Below the pieces are notes generated by a model. It was not told the origin of the DNA. It saw nothing but the letters and a program-made list of their open reading frames with translations, and did not search any database. The translations under genes and the position numbers were made by a program. Below are positions 22,852-35,741 of a stretch of 64,000 bases of DNA, piece by piece (position 1 is the stretch's first letter; every line of letters begins with the position of its first letter). The DNA is taken from positions 62,001-126,000 of the forward strand of contig RSEE01000008.1 in assembly GCA_003971905.1 (NCBI GenBank), written 5' to 3'. This DNA is from Moniliella sp. 'wahieum'. Lineage: Eukaryota.

Positions 22852-25701
22852 ATGCACGCCGCCGCCGCCCTCCAGCGGCCCCTCCCCACCCCCATCAGCC
22901 CCGCCAGCACCCCCGCCGCCGCCCCCGCGCCAAGCACCCCATCCTCCGTGCCCAGCCCCCCGCCTCCGCCTCCGCCCCTGCCTCGCCCGCTGCCGACACA
23001 CGCGCCATGGTCACACCCACCCGTCGCACCCCACTCGCCTCCCGCTCTCGCTCCCGCTCCCGCTCCCCGCCTCCGTCTCTGCCCCGTCGCCTCCCGCCCC
23101 TCGAAGCGCCTCGCCACCACACAACAAGAACACCAAGAAGGAGCCTGCCATGGCGTGTGTCAACTGCGGCACCGACACCACCCCCCTCTGGCGCAGAGAC
23201 GAAGACGGCAAGCCCAACTGCAACGCGTGTGGCTTGTTTTACAAGTTGCACGGCATCCAGCGCCCAATCAATATGAAAAAGCCAGTGATCAAGCGGCGCA
23301 AACGCACCCCAGCTAAGGACTCCACTGCTGCCGCCTCTGCCTCTGCCTCGGCTTCCATCTCTGCCTCTGCCTCCGCCAGCAACCACCCCGCCTCAGCCTC
23401 CCCCGCTGCCCCGCTCTCCCCAGCCTCGCATCCGATAACCTTCCTGCCAGCGACAGTGGCAGTGGCAGCGACAGTCCCCTGGCCCTGCAGCACCTGTCCC
23501 AGCACCATCCTACTCGCGTCCAATCTCCCGCGCCTCCTGCCTCCTCCTCCTCCTCGCCACCTCTGCCCTCTGGCACGCGCTGGCAAACTGCCCAACGCCC
23601 GACACCTCTCTCCCACCATCCCGATCGCGACCGAGAAGCGGCCATGGTGCTGATGGAGGTGGGCAGCGGAGCTGCCCGACGGCCTGCCGCTCCTCCGCCC
23701 GCCACTGTCCCCGCCTCGGGCTCGGGCACGGGCACGGGACCTGAACCTGGATCCGAAATCCGCTACACACCGCTCCACGCCGGTCAGATTCCAGCGGCGG
23801 TACGACATGGGCCCCCTTTGCCTGGGTACCCGTACGTGCAGCAGGATCCGGCAGTACGATCGGGTCGGAGTATGACTCGCATCACGGCCCCCCCTCTGCC
23901 CCGCCGGGCTCTCAACCCTCCACACCAGGCGCAGTCGCAATGGAGGTGGACTACGAGGTGGAGCGGACGTCCAAACGAGCGCGGGCATCAGCCGAGGCTT
24001 ACGGACCTAGCAAACCTAGCCAACCTCGCGAACCTGGTGGACCTGGTGGACCTGCTTCTATAGCCCTGGGCCCTACCGACCCGTTTAGTACTCGCCTTGC
24101 TGGTCGACCAGGCATACGCAACTCCACCATTCGCTCCACGTCCCAACCGGCCACACGACTGCGCTCGCGTCTCTTGCCCGACTCGTCGCCCGTGCTGGGG
24201 CGACGCACCCTGGCGCGCTTCCCTGGCGCACGGACCAGCCACTCACCCGAATTACCTTGCACCTCCACCGGCCCAGCGTCGTACTACGCCCCAGCTGGCC
24301 GGCACACGGACACCTTGCCTACCCATACCCATACCCGCACTCGCACTCGCACTCGCACTCGCACTCGCACTCTCACCCGGCTCATTTCGGCTCGGTCCTG
24401 GCCCCCGCGGGACAGGGCCATTTACCTCCGCTTCCTGCGCTCTCCTTCCCGCCGTACCGGGTGCACCCGCTGCACCCTGCTCATCCTGCTCACCGGCGCG
24501 ACCGAAGCGTGGACGCGTTCCCACCCCCTCACTGGACACACTTCCCGAAGCGCCTTCCCGGACCGGAAGCGGTACAGCCAGCAACTTGTCCCACTCCGTT
24601 TCCGTCTCGGGCTTGGCCGCGGTACCTAGCGCGCCTCCTCCCGGAGCGCCCGTGGACGACTGGGTGGGCACACTGGCTCTGGCATGCGAAGAGTTACGTG
24701 CAGAGCAGGACCGGATCGATAACTTACTAGCACAGTATCATACGCTTTTGGCTGATGCACGCGCGAGTGACCGGGACCGGAAGTGGGAGTGGGAGTGGGA
24801 TTGCGGTCGGGTGGACCGGGACCGGGTTCGGGAACGGGAACGGGTGCGGGAATGGAGGTAAGTTGGGCTTCCCGCGGGGTCCCACCGCGTCGAGCTTTCT
24901 CCCAGGCTCCACCTTATCTTCCTCTTCCTCTTCTTCGTCGCGTGCAGGACGGAGGTTACCGCCGCTCGCCGTCGCGCTCGATCCGTTGGTATCCGACTCG
25001 CATCCCCGCAGTCCTACCGCGCTCTTTCGTCCTGCCCCTGCCGCTGCCCCTGCGCCCGGACCCAGTTCCAGTTCCAGTTCCAGTTCCAGCCCCACCACCC
25101 ACACTCACACCCACACTCACACTCACACGCGCAACCCCGCCCATGCCCATGCTAGTGCCCATGCCCATGCTAGTGCCCATGCCCATGCTAGTGCCCATGC
25201 CCATGCTAGTGCCCAGGGTAGTACCAGCCTAACGTGTTGCACGCGCCTCGCTTCCCGCGCGCGCCGTTCCAACCTCCGTTCAACTCTAGCTCTATCTCTG
25301 GCTCTATCTCTGGCTCTGGCGCTACCGCTAGCGGGCCGGGTGGGACGGTAGCCCCGCGCACCTGGGACGGCGATACGTACATGGCCGAACCCGAGGGCGA
25401 AGCTAAGGGCGAAGCTAAGGGCGAAGCTAAGGGCGAAGCTGAGGACGACCGTACCGTGGTCCGTGGCCGGTCGCTCGGCCGGACGAGGGAGGAACGTACG
25501 AGTGCAGGGTCACCTTGCCCGCCCGGATCACCGTCAGCGTGGGAAGGTGCGCCGCCGACGAGTGTCCCTGTTGCAGTCCCAGCGGGAGCAGGGATGCAGA
25601 CCGGGACGGGAATAGAGATCGGGACGGGGACGGGGATGTCGTTGCCGCCCATTCGGTCGCGTCCGTTATCTCCCACCGAGGCGGGGCAACTGGCTTCGTA
25701 A
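22852..25701 (+). CDS. GATA-type zinc-finger transcription factor (low-complexity, frameshifted; ends uncertain)
   Basis: [50 protein letters not shown] (C-x2-C-x17-C-x2-C, ~23156-23305); downstream coiled coil [24 protein letters not shown]; His/Ser/Ala repeats. Confidence 0.8.
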
Positions 25702-26736
25702 CTCGTACGTGGTACTTCGTACCTAGGAACTAGGAACTAAGGACTAGGAACTAGGGATGGGAACCAGTACCGAGTACTGAGTACCGAGCAATGGGAAGCT
25801 CGGGTGTGGTCCATGCCCACGGCCACGGCCAAGGGCAGTACCTTTGTCGTTTATTTGCGTGGGACGGTGGTGGGGCAGCGAGAAGAGCGTGGTACCTGAG
25901 GCCTAAGGCCTAGGGAGGGATTCGAACGAGCCTCAGGTTTCCCGTGTCCGGTGTCCGTCGCCCCATCCTGTCTGGTCTATTCAATTACTGATTTTGCTTG
26001 GAGATGGGTCCTGGCAGGTCACCCGCCACGGTAGGCATAGCGGGTTGGAAGTAGAACTAGCTACCCAAATTAACAGAGAAGAGAAGAGCAGAGGAACCGA
26101 GGCAGGTGGACATGTTAAAGCAGAGGTCAATCTACTCTACTATCGCCTCTCCACTTTGCTCCGCTCCCCCGTCCTGCGTCTCATCTGTCATACTTATATA
26201 GCGCGCCTACGAGCGGTTCTGCCATCTACGCGTGTAGTGTGTTGGGCGAGTGTAGATTCTGAGTTGCTTGGGACAAGGGAACAAGGAACGGGGGACGGGA
26301 GACGGGGGGCGAGCTAACCAGAGTGAACCATCAGCGCAGTGAAGCTTGAAGGTGGATAGATGGATGGACCCATTAGCCAGTCAGATCTGTGTGTCGAGAC
26401 CGACGCTAGCGACCGTACAGCTACGTCTGCAACGGATACGCCTGTGCGTCCGAGGTTAGGAATGAACTACGGCACTGACGTGCGACATGTGCTGAGAAGG
26501 GGGGGAGACGAGAACGGAATGGTATGGATGGTAGGACGAGCGATGATATTGATATAGTTGAGAGAGGGAGCTCGAACACACAGTGGGCATGCGGGCGTAC
26601 GGGACAAGCCACCCGACACCATGGCTCTTCAAGGTGGAAAGAACAAGCCAAGATGGCAAGGGAGAAAAGGGTGTCGGATCAGATGGGAGAGGGGGAAGCC
26701 GAACCATTGCGCAGGTTCGTACAGGTAAGTTTTTGG

Positions 26737-28395
26737 CTAGAGGGGGTTGGGCGCATCAATGTTGATTGAAACCGCCTTGACCTGGACATAATTTTCCAGT
26801 GCATAACTTGCGTTTTCCCGGCCAATCCCCGACGCTTTGTATCCGCCAAAGGGGACTTGGGCCGAAAGGGCATTGTACGTGTTGACCCATACCGATCCGG
26901 CCTGGAGCGCGTGCGCCGTCTTGAGCGCATTGGAAATGTCTCGAGAAAATACGCCGGCGGCCAAGCCGTACATGGAATCGTTGGCCTTGTGCAACAACTC
27001 TTCTTGGTCTTTAAATTTGTGCACCACGACCACGGGGCCAAAGATTTCTTCGCGACTGATTACCGAGTCTTCGGCACAGTCGGTAAAGATGGTGGGTTCA
27101 ATAAACCACCCAGTTGGCGTGCCTTGGCCTACGTACCGCGTGGCCGGCAAGGCTCGGCCACCAGTCACGAGGCGCCCTTCGGTCTTGCCAATGGCAATGT
27201 AATGCAGAATGCGGTCGTACTGCGCTTCGTTGATTTGCGGTCCGAGGTAGGTATCCTTGTCAAATGGGTCGCCCACCTTGATGGCCTCAAACTTGGCTTT
27301 CAGGCCAGAGAGAAAGCGGTCGTAGATCTTTTCGTGCACGTAAATTCGCGTGCCGGCACAACAAGTTTGTCCCATGTTAAAGTTAACGCCCATCGTGCAC
27401 CACGACACGGCTTGCTCCAAGTCAGCATCCTCCAGGACCACCGAAGGTGACTTGCCACCCAACTCGAGCGTGACTTTTTTCAAGTTGGTGTTGGCCGCTG
27501 CCTTCATCACGATCCGACCCACACGCGTCGAGCCCGTAAAGGAGATCTTGTCAATATCCATGTGCTCCGCCATGGCGTTCCCTGCGCCAGTGCCGAGACC
27601 GGTGACGAGGTTGACCACCCCAGGTGGGAAACCAGCTTGGTGGATCAACTGGACCAACTTGAGTGCCGACAAGGGCGTAGCTTCCGCCGATTTGAGCACC
27701 ACCGTATTGCCCGTTGCCAAGGCCGGGCCCAATTTCCATGCGGTCAACATTAAAGGGTAGTTCCATGGCACGATCGCCCCGCACACCCCAACGGGTTCAA
27801 GACGAGTGTACTGGAACAAGTGTGGGTTTTCACCCGACAAGACTTGGCCCGAATGTTTATCGGCCCAGCCGGCAAAGTACCGAATCGCTTCCAATAGTTG
27901 TGCCACGTCGAACGCTTTCGCAATCGATAACGGTTTACCATTGTCCATCGCCTCGATCGCTGCTAGCTCATCCACGTTGTCCTCGATGAGACGGACGAGA
28001 CGATGAAGCATCACGGCGCGCTGGGGACCCGTCGTGTTTAGGCCCCAGGTCGTCTTGAACGCCCGTCGGGCCGCTTGCACCGCCAAATCAACATCGTACC
28101 CATCCCCTTGGGCTATCTCGGCAATCTTTTCTTTGGTCGCGGGATTGTATACCGCAAGCAACTCGCCCGTCATGGCGGAAACCCATTGTCCACTGTGATA
28201 CGTGCACCCACGCGAGCAGAAACAAACAGGTCCAGCGGTCTCCGTCAGCATCCATGCCAGGCAAGCAAACGTAGTAACAGGCAACAAAGAGAGAGGGAGA
28301 AGGAAAAGAAAAAGAAAAAGATACGTACTCAATGTACAGACCGCCGTGAAATTGGACTTGGTTCCGTCGGGGAAGGCAAGGTTGACTGTTGGCAC
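26737..28395 (-). CDS. Aldehyde dehydrogenase (ALDH1/2 class, Ald/Iad-like)
   Basis: EPVGVCGAIVPWNYP, KISFTGSTRVG, LELGGKSP (catalytic Glu), GQTCCAGTR (catalytic Cys), EEIFGPV, PFGGYKASGIGRE; probable intron near the 5' end (~28210-28327). Confidence 0.95.
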   Translation of the reverse strand: MPTVNLAFPDGTKSNFTAVCTLSTYLFLFLFLLPLSLLPVTTFACLAWMLTETAGPVCFCSRGCTYHSGQWVSAMTGELLAVYNPATKEKIAEIAQGDGYDVDLAVQAARRAFKTTWGLNTTGPQRAVMLHRLVRLIEDNVDELAAIEAMDNGKPLSIAKAFDVAQLLEAIRYFAGWADKHSGQVLSGENPHLFQYTRLEPVGVCGAIVPWNYPLMLTAWKLGPALATGNTVVLKSAEATPLSALKLVQLIHQAGFPPGVVNLVTGLGTGAGNAMAEHMDIDKISFTGSTRVGRIVMKAAANTNLKKVTLELGGKSPSVVLEDADLEQAVSWCTMGVNFNMGQTCCAGTRIYVHEKIYDRFLSGLKAKFEAIKVGDPFDKDTYLGPQINEAQYDRILHYIAIGKTEGRLVTGGRALPATRYVGQGTPTGWFIEPTIFTDCAEDSVISREEIFGPVVVVHKFKDQEELLHKANDSMYGLAAGVFSRDISNALKTAHALQAGSVWVNTYNALSAQVPFGGYKASGIGRENASYALENYVQVKAVSINIDAPNPL

Positions 28396-28928
28396 AGGGG
28401 CCGAACCGTATGGGGCGCTGGGAGCAGGGTCATTGTGTGTATCCCGAGACGAACAAGGACGAAAAGGAAGGAGATGGAAAGACAGTGGTATGACAGAACG
28501 AGATAGCGGAGAGGGCAGCTAGCCAACCTTATATATACCTTTTACTCACCAGAGGCATAATATGCATGCGACATGCCCAGGAAGGGGGACAAGGGCACAG
28601 CGACAAGGGTAGGTCACCGACGGCCCACCGGAAGATAACAACACTGCCGGATGGGGGGGAGAGCAGTTGCGCCCTGTGGCATGCCGCATCGCATCTCAGA
28701 TCTCAGATCTCATGTCTCATGCCTGATCGCAATCCTTTCGAGGGGCCACGGTGGGGGGGGGCTTGGCAGATCATGATGACCGATGACAGGGAAGGTTCGT
28801 GCGTAGTGGAGACATGGCGGATCGAGCATGGCTGTTAGGTCGCTGGGGCGTCGCGCTGTAGGCCCAACAATGTATGTGGGCAGAAGAAAAGAGAGCCTCC
28901 GTCGCGCTGGGTGATGGGCTGGGATTCA

Positions 28929-29001
28929 TGATTCATGAAGCATGAAGCATGAAGCATGAAGCATGAAGCTTGAAGCTTGAAGCTTGAAGCTTGAAGCTTG
29001 A
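28929..29001. repeat. 7-bp TGA-N4 array, 11 TGA in register (TTCA, AGCA x4, AGCT x5)
   Basis: Read directly. Confidence 0.95.
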
Positions 29002-29489
29002 AGGAAGGAATGACAACGGGGTTTGAGCTGCGCTGCCCTGAGGCCTGACGAGGCTTGCCTGTACTAAAACGCAAACGAGCGGACGCAGCGGTCGGACGGA
29101 AAGAAGGCTGGTTCGTCCGTAGGTCGTCGCTGTGGGTTTTGGAGTGGGAAGAACAAAAGTTGTTCTCGGTGTCGTTGCTCATCGCGCCCAAGCGGGGTGC
29201 CCAGCGAGTGACGTCAATACCCAGTTGAGTACTCAGTTGAGTACTCAGTGCGGGCCAAGCGGGTCAGCGCGGTGCTTGGGGCCGAGCTTGGCGCGTCGGC
29301 TTGCGCCCGTGCGGCTCCGGCGGGAGGGGGAGTTGGTTGGTCGGGCGCAACCCGTCTGTGCTGCCTCGTCCCACACTCGCGTTGGGCTGAATATTGAATG
29401 GCGCAGGTCTCACATAACCCGCTTCTCCTGCCTCGGTTCCGACCATCTCAAGCGACTAGTCACTGCTGAGCCGCCGCTGAGTCCTTGGA

Positions 29490-29534
29490 TCATCGATCAT
29501 CGATCATCGATCATCGATCATCCACCATGCATCA
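29490..29534. repeat. 7-bp TCA-N4 array (TCGA x4, then TGCA)
   Basis: TCA TCGA TCA TCGA TCA TCGA TCA TCGA TCA TCCA CCA TGCA TCA. Confidence 0.9.
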
Positions 29535-30011
29535 TTCCGCTGATTCAGCCTATTATGCAGCTTGCGTAATCAACACCAGCCCGCCATGGTTAAACGTTAA
29601 CCGTAGACGATTGGCCGATCCGCTGCTATCAAGCGACCCTTCGGCCCTAGAGGGGGGGGGAAGGGGGGGGGGGGTGGCATGTGCGAGCTAGAGAGGAGCA
29701 GAGATTCTGTCTCCCTCCCTTAGCTTGATGGTAAAGTGTTTGCTGGTTTCATATACCTCCCCTCACGCGTCACGTCCCGCTTGTGTTTAAATAAATCCCA
29801 GTGATGGGTATGAAAGTTTTAGGACCCACCCACAATCGATTGCCACTGCTCAGACGATCGATCTGATCGATGATCAATGATCGATGAGCCAGATGGACCT
29901 CATTAGCTCACTGGTCAGCGCCTGAGCGTGAATTTTTTCAAGCGACAATCGGCGACAAGTGATCGGCGACAAGTGCACCCGTTGGAGCTACGCATTCCAC
30001 CACCCGATCCC

Positions 30012-31714
30012 ATGTCGAGTCTGCAAGAGCGTCTGGCGGGGCTGGAAGGCGTACCGAATCGCGTTCCGCGCTACGTGATTTCGCAGACCCCAGACCAAGT
30101 CAACGTGAGGGTATGGTGTCCTGGGGCGGAGGCGGAGCCGCGGGCGCAGGTGGAAGGGAGGGCGTTCGGGGTCGTGGTGGGCCCTTACTACCTCCCCCTG
30201 TTCTTGCCTGACCTGGTCAAGTCGGACGTACGCCTTGAGCGTGGTGAAGAGCAGGGAGAATGGAATGTGGTATTGACCAAACAAACTTCCCGCCCTTTCC
30301 CTGGACTCGACACGCTCCAACCTGAAATTCTTCCCGTCGAAGGGATTGAGGCGCTGGCCAAGGCTGGCCAGGCTGGCTTGCAGGCACCTTCGGGACCCAG
30401 TGGTAGTGGTACCCCCGATCAAGCTGCGACCGAGGCGATGCTGAAGCGTGCGCTGCAACGGGAAAACGCATCGCGGTCGTCGCTGCACCAACCAGGGTTG
30501 GTGCTCACGTCGGACGAGGAGATGCGCGCGGTGGATGGTCATCGGGAGGCTGAAGAGAAAGTGTTGCATGCGCTGAGACAAGAGGCCCTCTCGGGGCCTG
30601 AGCCTGGCGCTGATCCTGCAATAGGGCCATCTACGTTGTGCACGTCGCCCAATGGGCCACGATACGGGTATGGTTTGGGCCAGGCGTTTGACCATCCTCT
30701 CGCACCACACCTGGTCCAGCTCACCAAGGTGTACCAGCTACAACAATCCGACCCCTCTGCTCCCCTTGGGCCAGAGAGACGCGATGGCAACCGCTGAGGA
30801 AAATGAAAAGTGGGATGAAGACTATTACTTGTACGTCCCCTCCGCTTGCTTCTTCGGCCCCTGCGTTGGACTTGGGTGCTGACTACCCTACCCGTGGCGG
30901 GGAACCTTTCAGGACGTGCATGGTCGACGAGGACGGCGAAATCCAGAGTCTGATTCAACTTGCCTTGCCTCCACTCGCTTCTTTGCCCGAGGTGACCGTG
31001 TCGAATGCACCGCCTGCGTTGCCGCTCAGTAAGGAGACTGGCGATGTAGGGTGGCGAAGGAGGAGGGAGGTGGAAAGTATGCTGGTGAGCTTATTGTTCG
31101 GGTACGCCTACGACCGCCGCACTACCCTCGCCGAGCCTACCGTCCAAAGTGCCTGGACAATTTCCCAGCTCTCGCGCGCGCTGACTCACTTTGCCCCGGC
31201 GGCAGGTGCCAGCATTGTTGCTCCTGCCACAGCGCCCCTACCGGCGGTCTTGGCGCAGCATCCACTTCTGCCCTGCTTGCTGGCCAGTTTCCGACGCAGT
31301 CTCACCGTGCCGCTCTACCGCTCCTATCTGTTGAGCTGCGCCGTGTGTGCCGTGCAAGATGTGGAGCAACTTTTGGCCGCGGGCGTGGCGACGACTGTCA
31401 CGGCCCTGGCTGCCGTACGAGCCATCTTCTTTGCCGCGGCGGGAGAAGAGGGAGAAGAGGAGGACAAAGGCACCGTCTTACCGGACCAAGACCCGTTCCT
31501 GCTTGTCTTTGTGCGTGTCGCGCTAGATCCACTTTTGGCCTTGCTCCAATCTAGCGAAGGGGAAGCCCTGGTGGCCCAGACTTTGGCTCACCTGCGAGCT
31601 CAGTTGAACCATCCCGATTGGGATCCGCGCAAACAAGGGTTCAAGGAGCAAGTAGGTGGTCTAGACCAGTGGGATCTCTTGACTCTGGACCTTTTGCTCC
31701 AGGACAACAACTAA
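30012..31714 (+). CDS. SHQ1: H/ACA snoRNP assembly factor Shq1
   Basis: CS-domain start VPRYVISQTPDQVNVRV...PYYLPLFLP; YGYG; ENEKWDEDYY; LLFGYAYDRR...EPTVQSAWTISQLS; RRSLTVPLYRS; intron ~30831-30912; one frameshift near 30785. Confidence 0.85.
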
Positions 31715-31821
31715 AAAAATACCAGTTTCCAGCCTAGGGAGGATCAAACAATCGCACCAAACTGTTATCTTATTTGCATGGTGGAGAGGGGGAGAGGAGG
31801 AAATAAACGTCCTCATTGTCT

Positions 31822-32813
31822 TTAGAACTTGTATACCTGTTCAATCGTGTAGCCCAGCTCCTTGAGGATACCCGACAGCTCGCCCTGGGTAAAGTTCTTG
31901 CCCTTGGGGCCCGACAGGGCCTTCATCTGCGGGGGCGGGCCACAGACAAAGACGTGGACCTTGTCGGCGCGGGCCGGGTCGGGGAGGTACTTCTTAGCAA
32001 TGTCGGCCGTAAGGTAGCCCTGGAAGCCAGTCCAGTTAGCCGGCACCTCGTCCAAACCGTACACCACCTTGAACTGCTCCGGGTTGCTCTTGGCCAAGGC
32101 GTCGAACTTCTCGCGCAGCAGAATGTCCTTCTCGGTCTTGTTGGTGTAGATGAGAGTCACCTTGGTCTTGTCCGCCTTGTCAGACGCAATGTGGTCAATC
32201 AGCTGCCACATGGGAGTAATCCCACTGCCACCGGCCAGCAGCGCAATCTCCTCAAACTGGTTCGTCTCGTACTTCCACTTGGGGATCGGGCCCTTGATCG
32301 CAATCTGGTCCCCGGCCTTGAGCTCGCCGACATGCTTGCTCATGTTGCCCGTCGGGTACGACTTGATCAAAAAGTCAAGCTCGCCCACCTTGTCGGGCGA
32401 GCTGATGGGCGTGTAAGGACGAATGACCTCGCGGCCCTTGTCGTCCTTCAAGCCTTCGGCCGCCTTGAACACAACAGCCGAGGCGGTGAAGGTACCGGCC
32501 TTAGCCCCCTTGGGCAAGTCAAACACGACCACGTGCGAGTCGTGGTTGTAGGGTTTGATGCTCTTGACAGTAAACGTGCGGAACTCCTCGGGACTGAGCG
32601 CGTCGGGAACGGGCTCAGCGGGCGTCTGGGTGTAGTAGTAGTACCCCCGCCCAGCGCCAGCGCACCGAGCACAAATGGAACGGGACTCGACTTGGCAGGA
32701 GCAGGGGCGGACGAGTTGAACCGCACCTGGCGCAGCGCGGCGCGGGGCGCAGCAGGACGGACGCTAGCACGGGCGCACGACAGGACGCTGGAGGCGACGG
32801 GACGGCCAAGCAT
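31822..32813 (-). CDS. MCR1: Mitochondrial NADH-cytochrome b5 reductase
   Basis: Presequence MLGRPVASSVLSCARASVRP, TM segment, PYNHDS, VIRPYTPIS, IKSYPTGNMS, KGPIPK, LAGGSGITPMWQ, VFVCGPP, SGPK...QGELSGILKELGY..EQVYKF; frameshift near 32645. Confidence 0.92.
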
Positions 32814-33647
32814 AGTGGATCGTTGGTGGTGGTGGGGGGGGAGAAAGTCGTCAACGGAGCTAGGACGGCGGGTCCATTTCTAATGCGCCCACGACCGAAG
32901 AAGCTTAGCTGCTGGGCGCTGCGCGCCGCACGGACCACGGAACCCGCGTTGCGTCAGTGCTCCGGAGCGTCACGCGTCATGAGCGCCGCGGAAACACGCA
33001 AGCACCGGCCTGGTGCCTGCCGATTGCTCCGGTCCGTGGGCCAGCGACCAGGCTCACGGGCACTGATGGGGCTGATGACGCAGATGCTGTCATAACCCTA
33101 GCGGGTCCGCTGACATTTTCGTTGCCACTCCGGCTTCGTATTGCATCACATCCTCGGCTACGGCGCAGGCTAATAACGCGAATCACGCTCCAATACCCAC
33201 CCCCCCGCCCCGGTGGATTCGATGACGAGCCTGAGAGCATCCCCATCGCCATCCAACTTCGCTTCATGCTTCACCCAGCGTCCCCGATGCTGATTAAGCT
33301 GTTTTAGGGTTGCAGTTCATCCAATGCATTGGCATTCTTGCGTATCGATCCTGCTCTGCAAAATGTGGGCGCGAAAGATGGCTGCCCGCTCTCTTGCACC
33401 ACTGGAAATGAGAACCCCCCATCGCCTGGGGAGCTGACCTCAGCGCCTTGAGCCCGATCCGAGGGAAAGGACGAAGAGCCAAAGGGAAACTTCGTCAAGA
33501 CGAATTCCAAAACATGCGTTTTCTGGTCGTACATTTCCACATCAACAAGAACGAAGAGGGCAAAGATTAGAGGCAAGAAGGGGCGAAAAAGACAAGGGGG
33601 TTAGGGGGAAGAGAAGGAGGGGAAGGGTACGCGGGGAAAATGAAGAC

Positions 33648-35741
33648 CTAGAAGAAAAAGTCGAGGATCTTCTTCCACCAGGGAAGCCGGCGGGCTTCTT
33701 CCCGCTCGGCCTGGAGCTGCTCGAGAGTAGGAGCCTCCCGACGACCCGTGTCAATGTCAATGTCTTCCTGCCGAACCCAGGAATGAAGCCACCAGCGGCG
33801 GGGTCCGTACCAGACCGGTGTCTTGCCCCAGTACTTGACCTGCCACCGAGTGCAGAAGACCGAGTCCCAGTCCATCTCCCCAAAGAGGAGGAAGACCATC
33901 ACCACAGGTACCGCAAGGTACGCTTGGAAGAAGGTGACTGCCCGCTCGCTGTCCGTGTCAGCGTCGGCGCCAATGGGGGCAATCGCAATGATCGCCTGAA
34001 AGACGAGCACGGCAAAGTTGACCACAAGGCCATACACTGCCCCGATAATCCCAACGGGCGAACGCCAAGGAATCAGCTCGACTGGCCGGCCAGCCGCCTT
34101 CCAGGCAGCACGGAAACGGAGGTGGCAAATACAGATCGTGCCTAAACAGCGAAACCAACGCGACGGAACGGGTCAGTAGGAATGGTAAGGGAAGGGGTCC
34201 ATAGCAAGAAAGGGGAGCCTGCAACGTACCCCATGAGAAAATGACAGCCAGACCACTGAGAGCCAAGAGCCAGTTGAAAACGTTGCCTTCGCTGGTGGAA
34301 TAGACGAGGAAAGCAAGGAAGCCAAAGGCCAGCGTAAGGGCAACGGCAGGCATGGGGCGACCTTCCCGGTCAATGTAAGCAAACCAGCGAGGGGCCTGAC
34401 CATTCTGGGCAAGGGCAACCAGAGTACGAGATGAGCCGTACACACTCGTATTGGCCACCGAGAGGGACGATGAGGATAACAGCGTTGACAATGGAGGGCA
34501 AGGCGTGGATTTGGGCGTGCTTGATCACCAACACAAAGGGAGAGCTGTTGGGATCGTTGCTGCTGGTTCCACTGACGAGAGCTTGATCGCCAGGACTGAG
34601 GTTGAGAGTGATGATAAAGAGCGAGCCAATGTAAAAGAGCATGATTCGCATAAAGATCTGGCGTGACGCCTTGGGCACCCTTGCGAGGATTGATTGTTTC
34701 GGCCGCCGTAATGCCAATCATCTCTGTACCAGAGAAACTGAACGCAGCACTGACCAGGACGGAACAGAAGCCCTTGAACCCATTAAGGAAAGCGCCGCCA
34801 TGGTGCCAGTACTGCAAGCCCACCGTGGTGTGGTTGGGGGCACCGCCTGCTGTGATGACAATGCCCGCCACAATGAAGCCGAGCGTCATGCTGCCAAAGG
34901 GCAAAGGAAATGCGTAAGTTAGTTGGAGATTTGGCGTCAAAGGAGGGCCACATACATGATCTTGAGCACCGAGCCAAATACCTCAAAGTCGGCATACCCA
35001 CGGACGCCAAAGATGTTGATGACCGCAATGACTACCCAAGCAATGATGACCCAGACACCAGGGGAGATGTGCTTGTCGGGATCCCAGTAACCAATGATAA
35101 TGGTCGCTGCCACCAGCTCGAGAGGTAGGGTGACGAACCATTGCATCCAGTCTGTGCAGAGAAAGGCAGAGGTCAGTTCCTTGCTTGCCGAATCGAACTC
35201 ATGAGGGCGGGGAAGGACGACGTACAGTTCCAGCCCATAGCGAAGCCCCAGGCGGGAGAGATGAAGCGGGTCGAGTAGGTAGAGAAGGAGCCAGACACAG
35301 GAAAGATAACCGCCAGTTCACCGAGGCACATGACGACACAATACAACATGGAGCCAATTAAGCAATAATCGATAATCAAAAAGCCTGGCCCGCCACTAGC
35401 GTAGACCGTACCAGAACCGATGTAGAGACCCGTACCAATGCTACCGCCAAAGGCGATCATCTGAATGTGGAACTGGCTTAGTTTGCGCTTGAGGCCCTCG
35501 GGGGGCGGTGTGATGTCCTGGATGGAGGAAGTGCCATCATGGTCGTCGTGTTCGTGGACGTAGGGAGAATTGGCGCTTTCGACGATCGAGGTCTTCTCGG
35601 CAGGGCGGTCGGTGGTAGAGGCCTTGGCGGTGTCGGGGTACTCGGCCGGCGGGACTGGGCTGCGGCGGACTCGGGGGTGTCGACGAGGGGGGCCGGATGC
35701 AGCCGAAAGCCCTCCAGCCAGTGGCGGACAGCGCTGGCCAT
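33648..35741 (-). CDS. General amino-acid permease (Gap1-like, YAT/APC family)
   Basis: LKRKLSQFHIQMIAFGGSIGTGLYIGSG, PVSGSFSTYSTRFISPAWGFAMGWN, LPLELVAA, FSFSGTEMIGITAAET.NPRK, SPFV, YIDREGRP, VFNWLLALSGL, DIDIDTGRRE; several introns. Confidence 0.92.

Noticed and set aside
31816..32883. Long antisense ORFs (also 60155-61360, 61571-62632, 62641-63780, 55062-55703)
   Set aside because: Shadow ORFs opposite real GC-rich, codon-biased genes (MCR1, SMC5, GSY).
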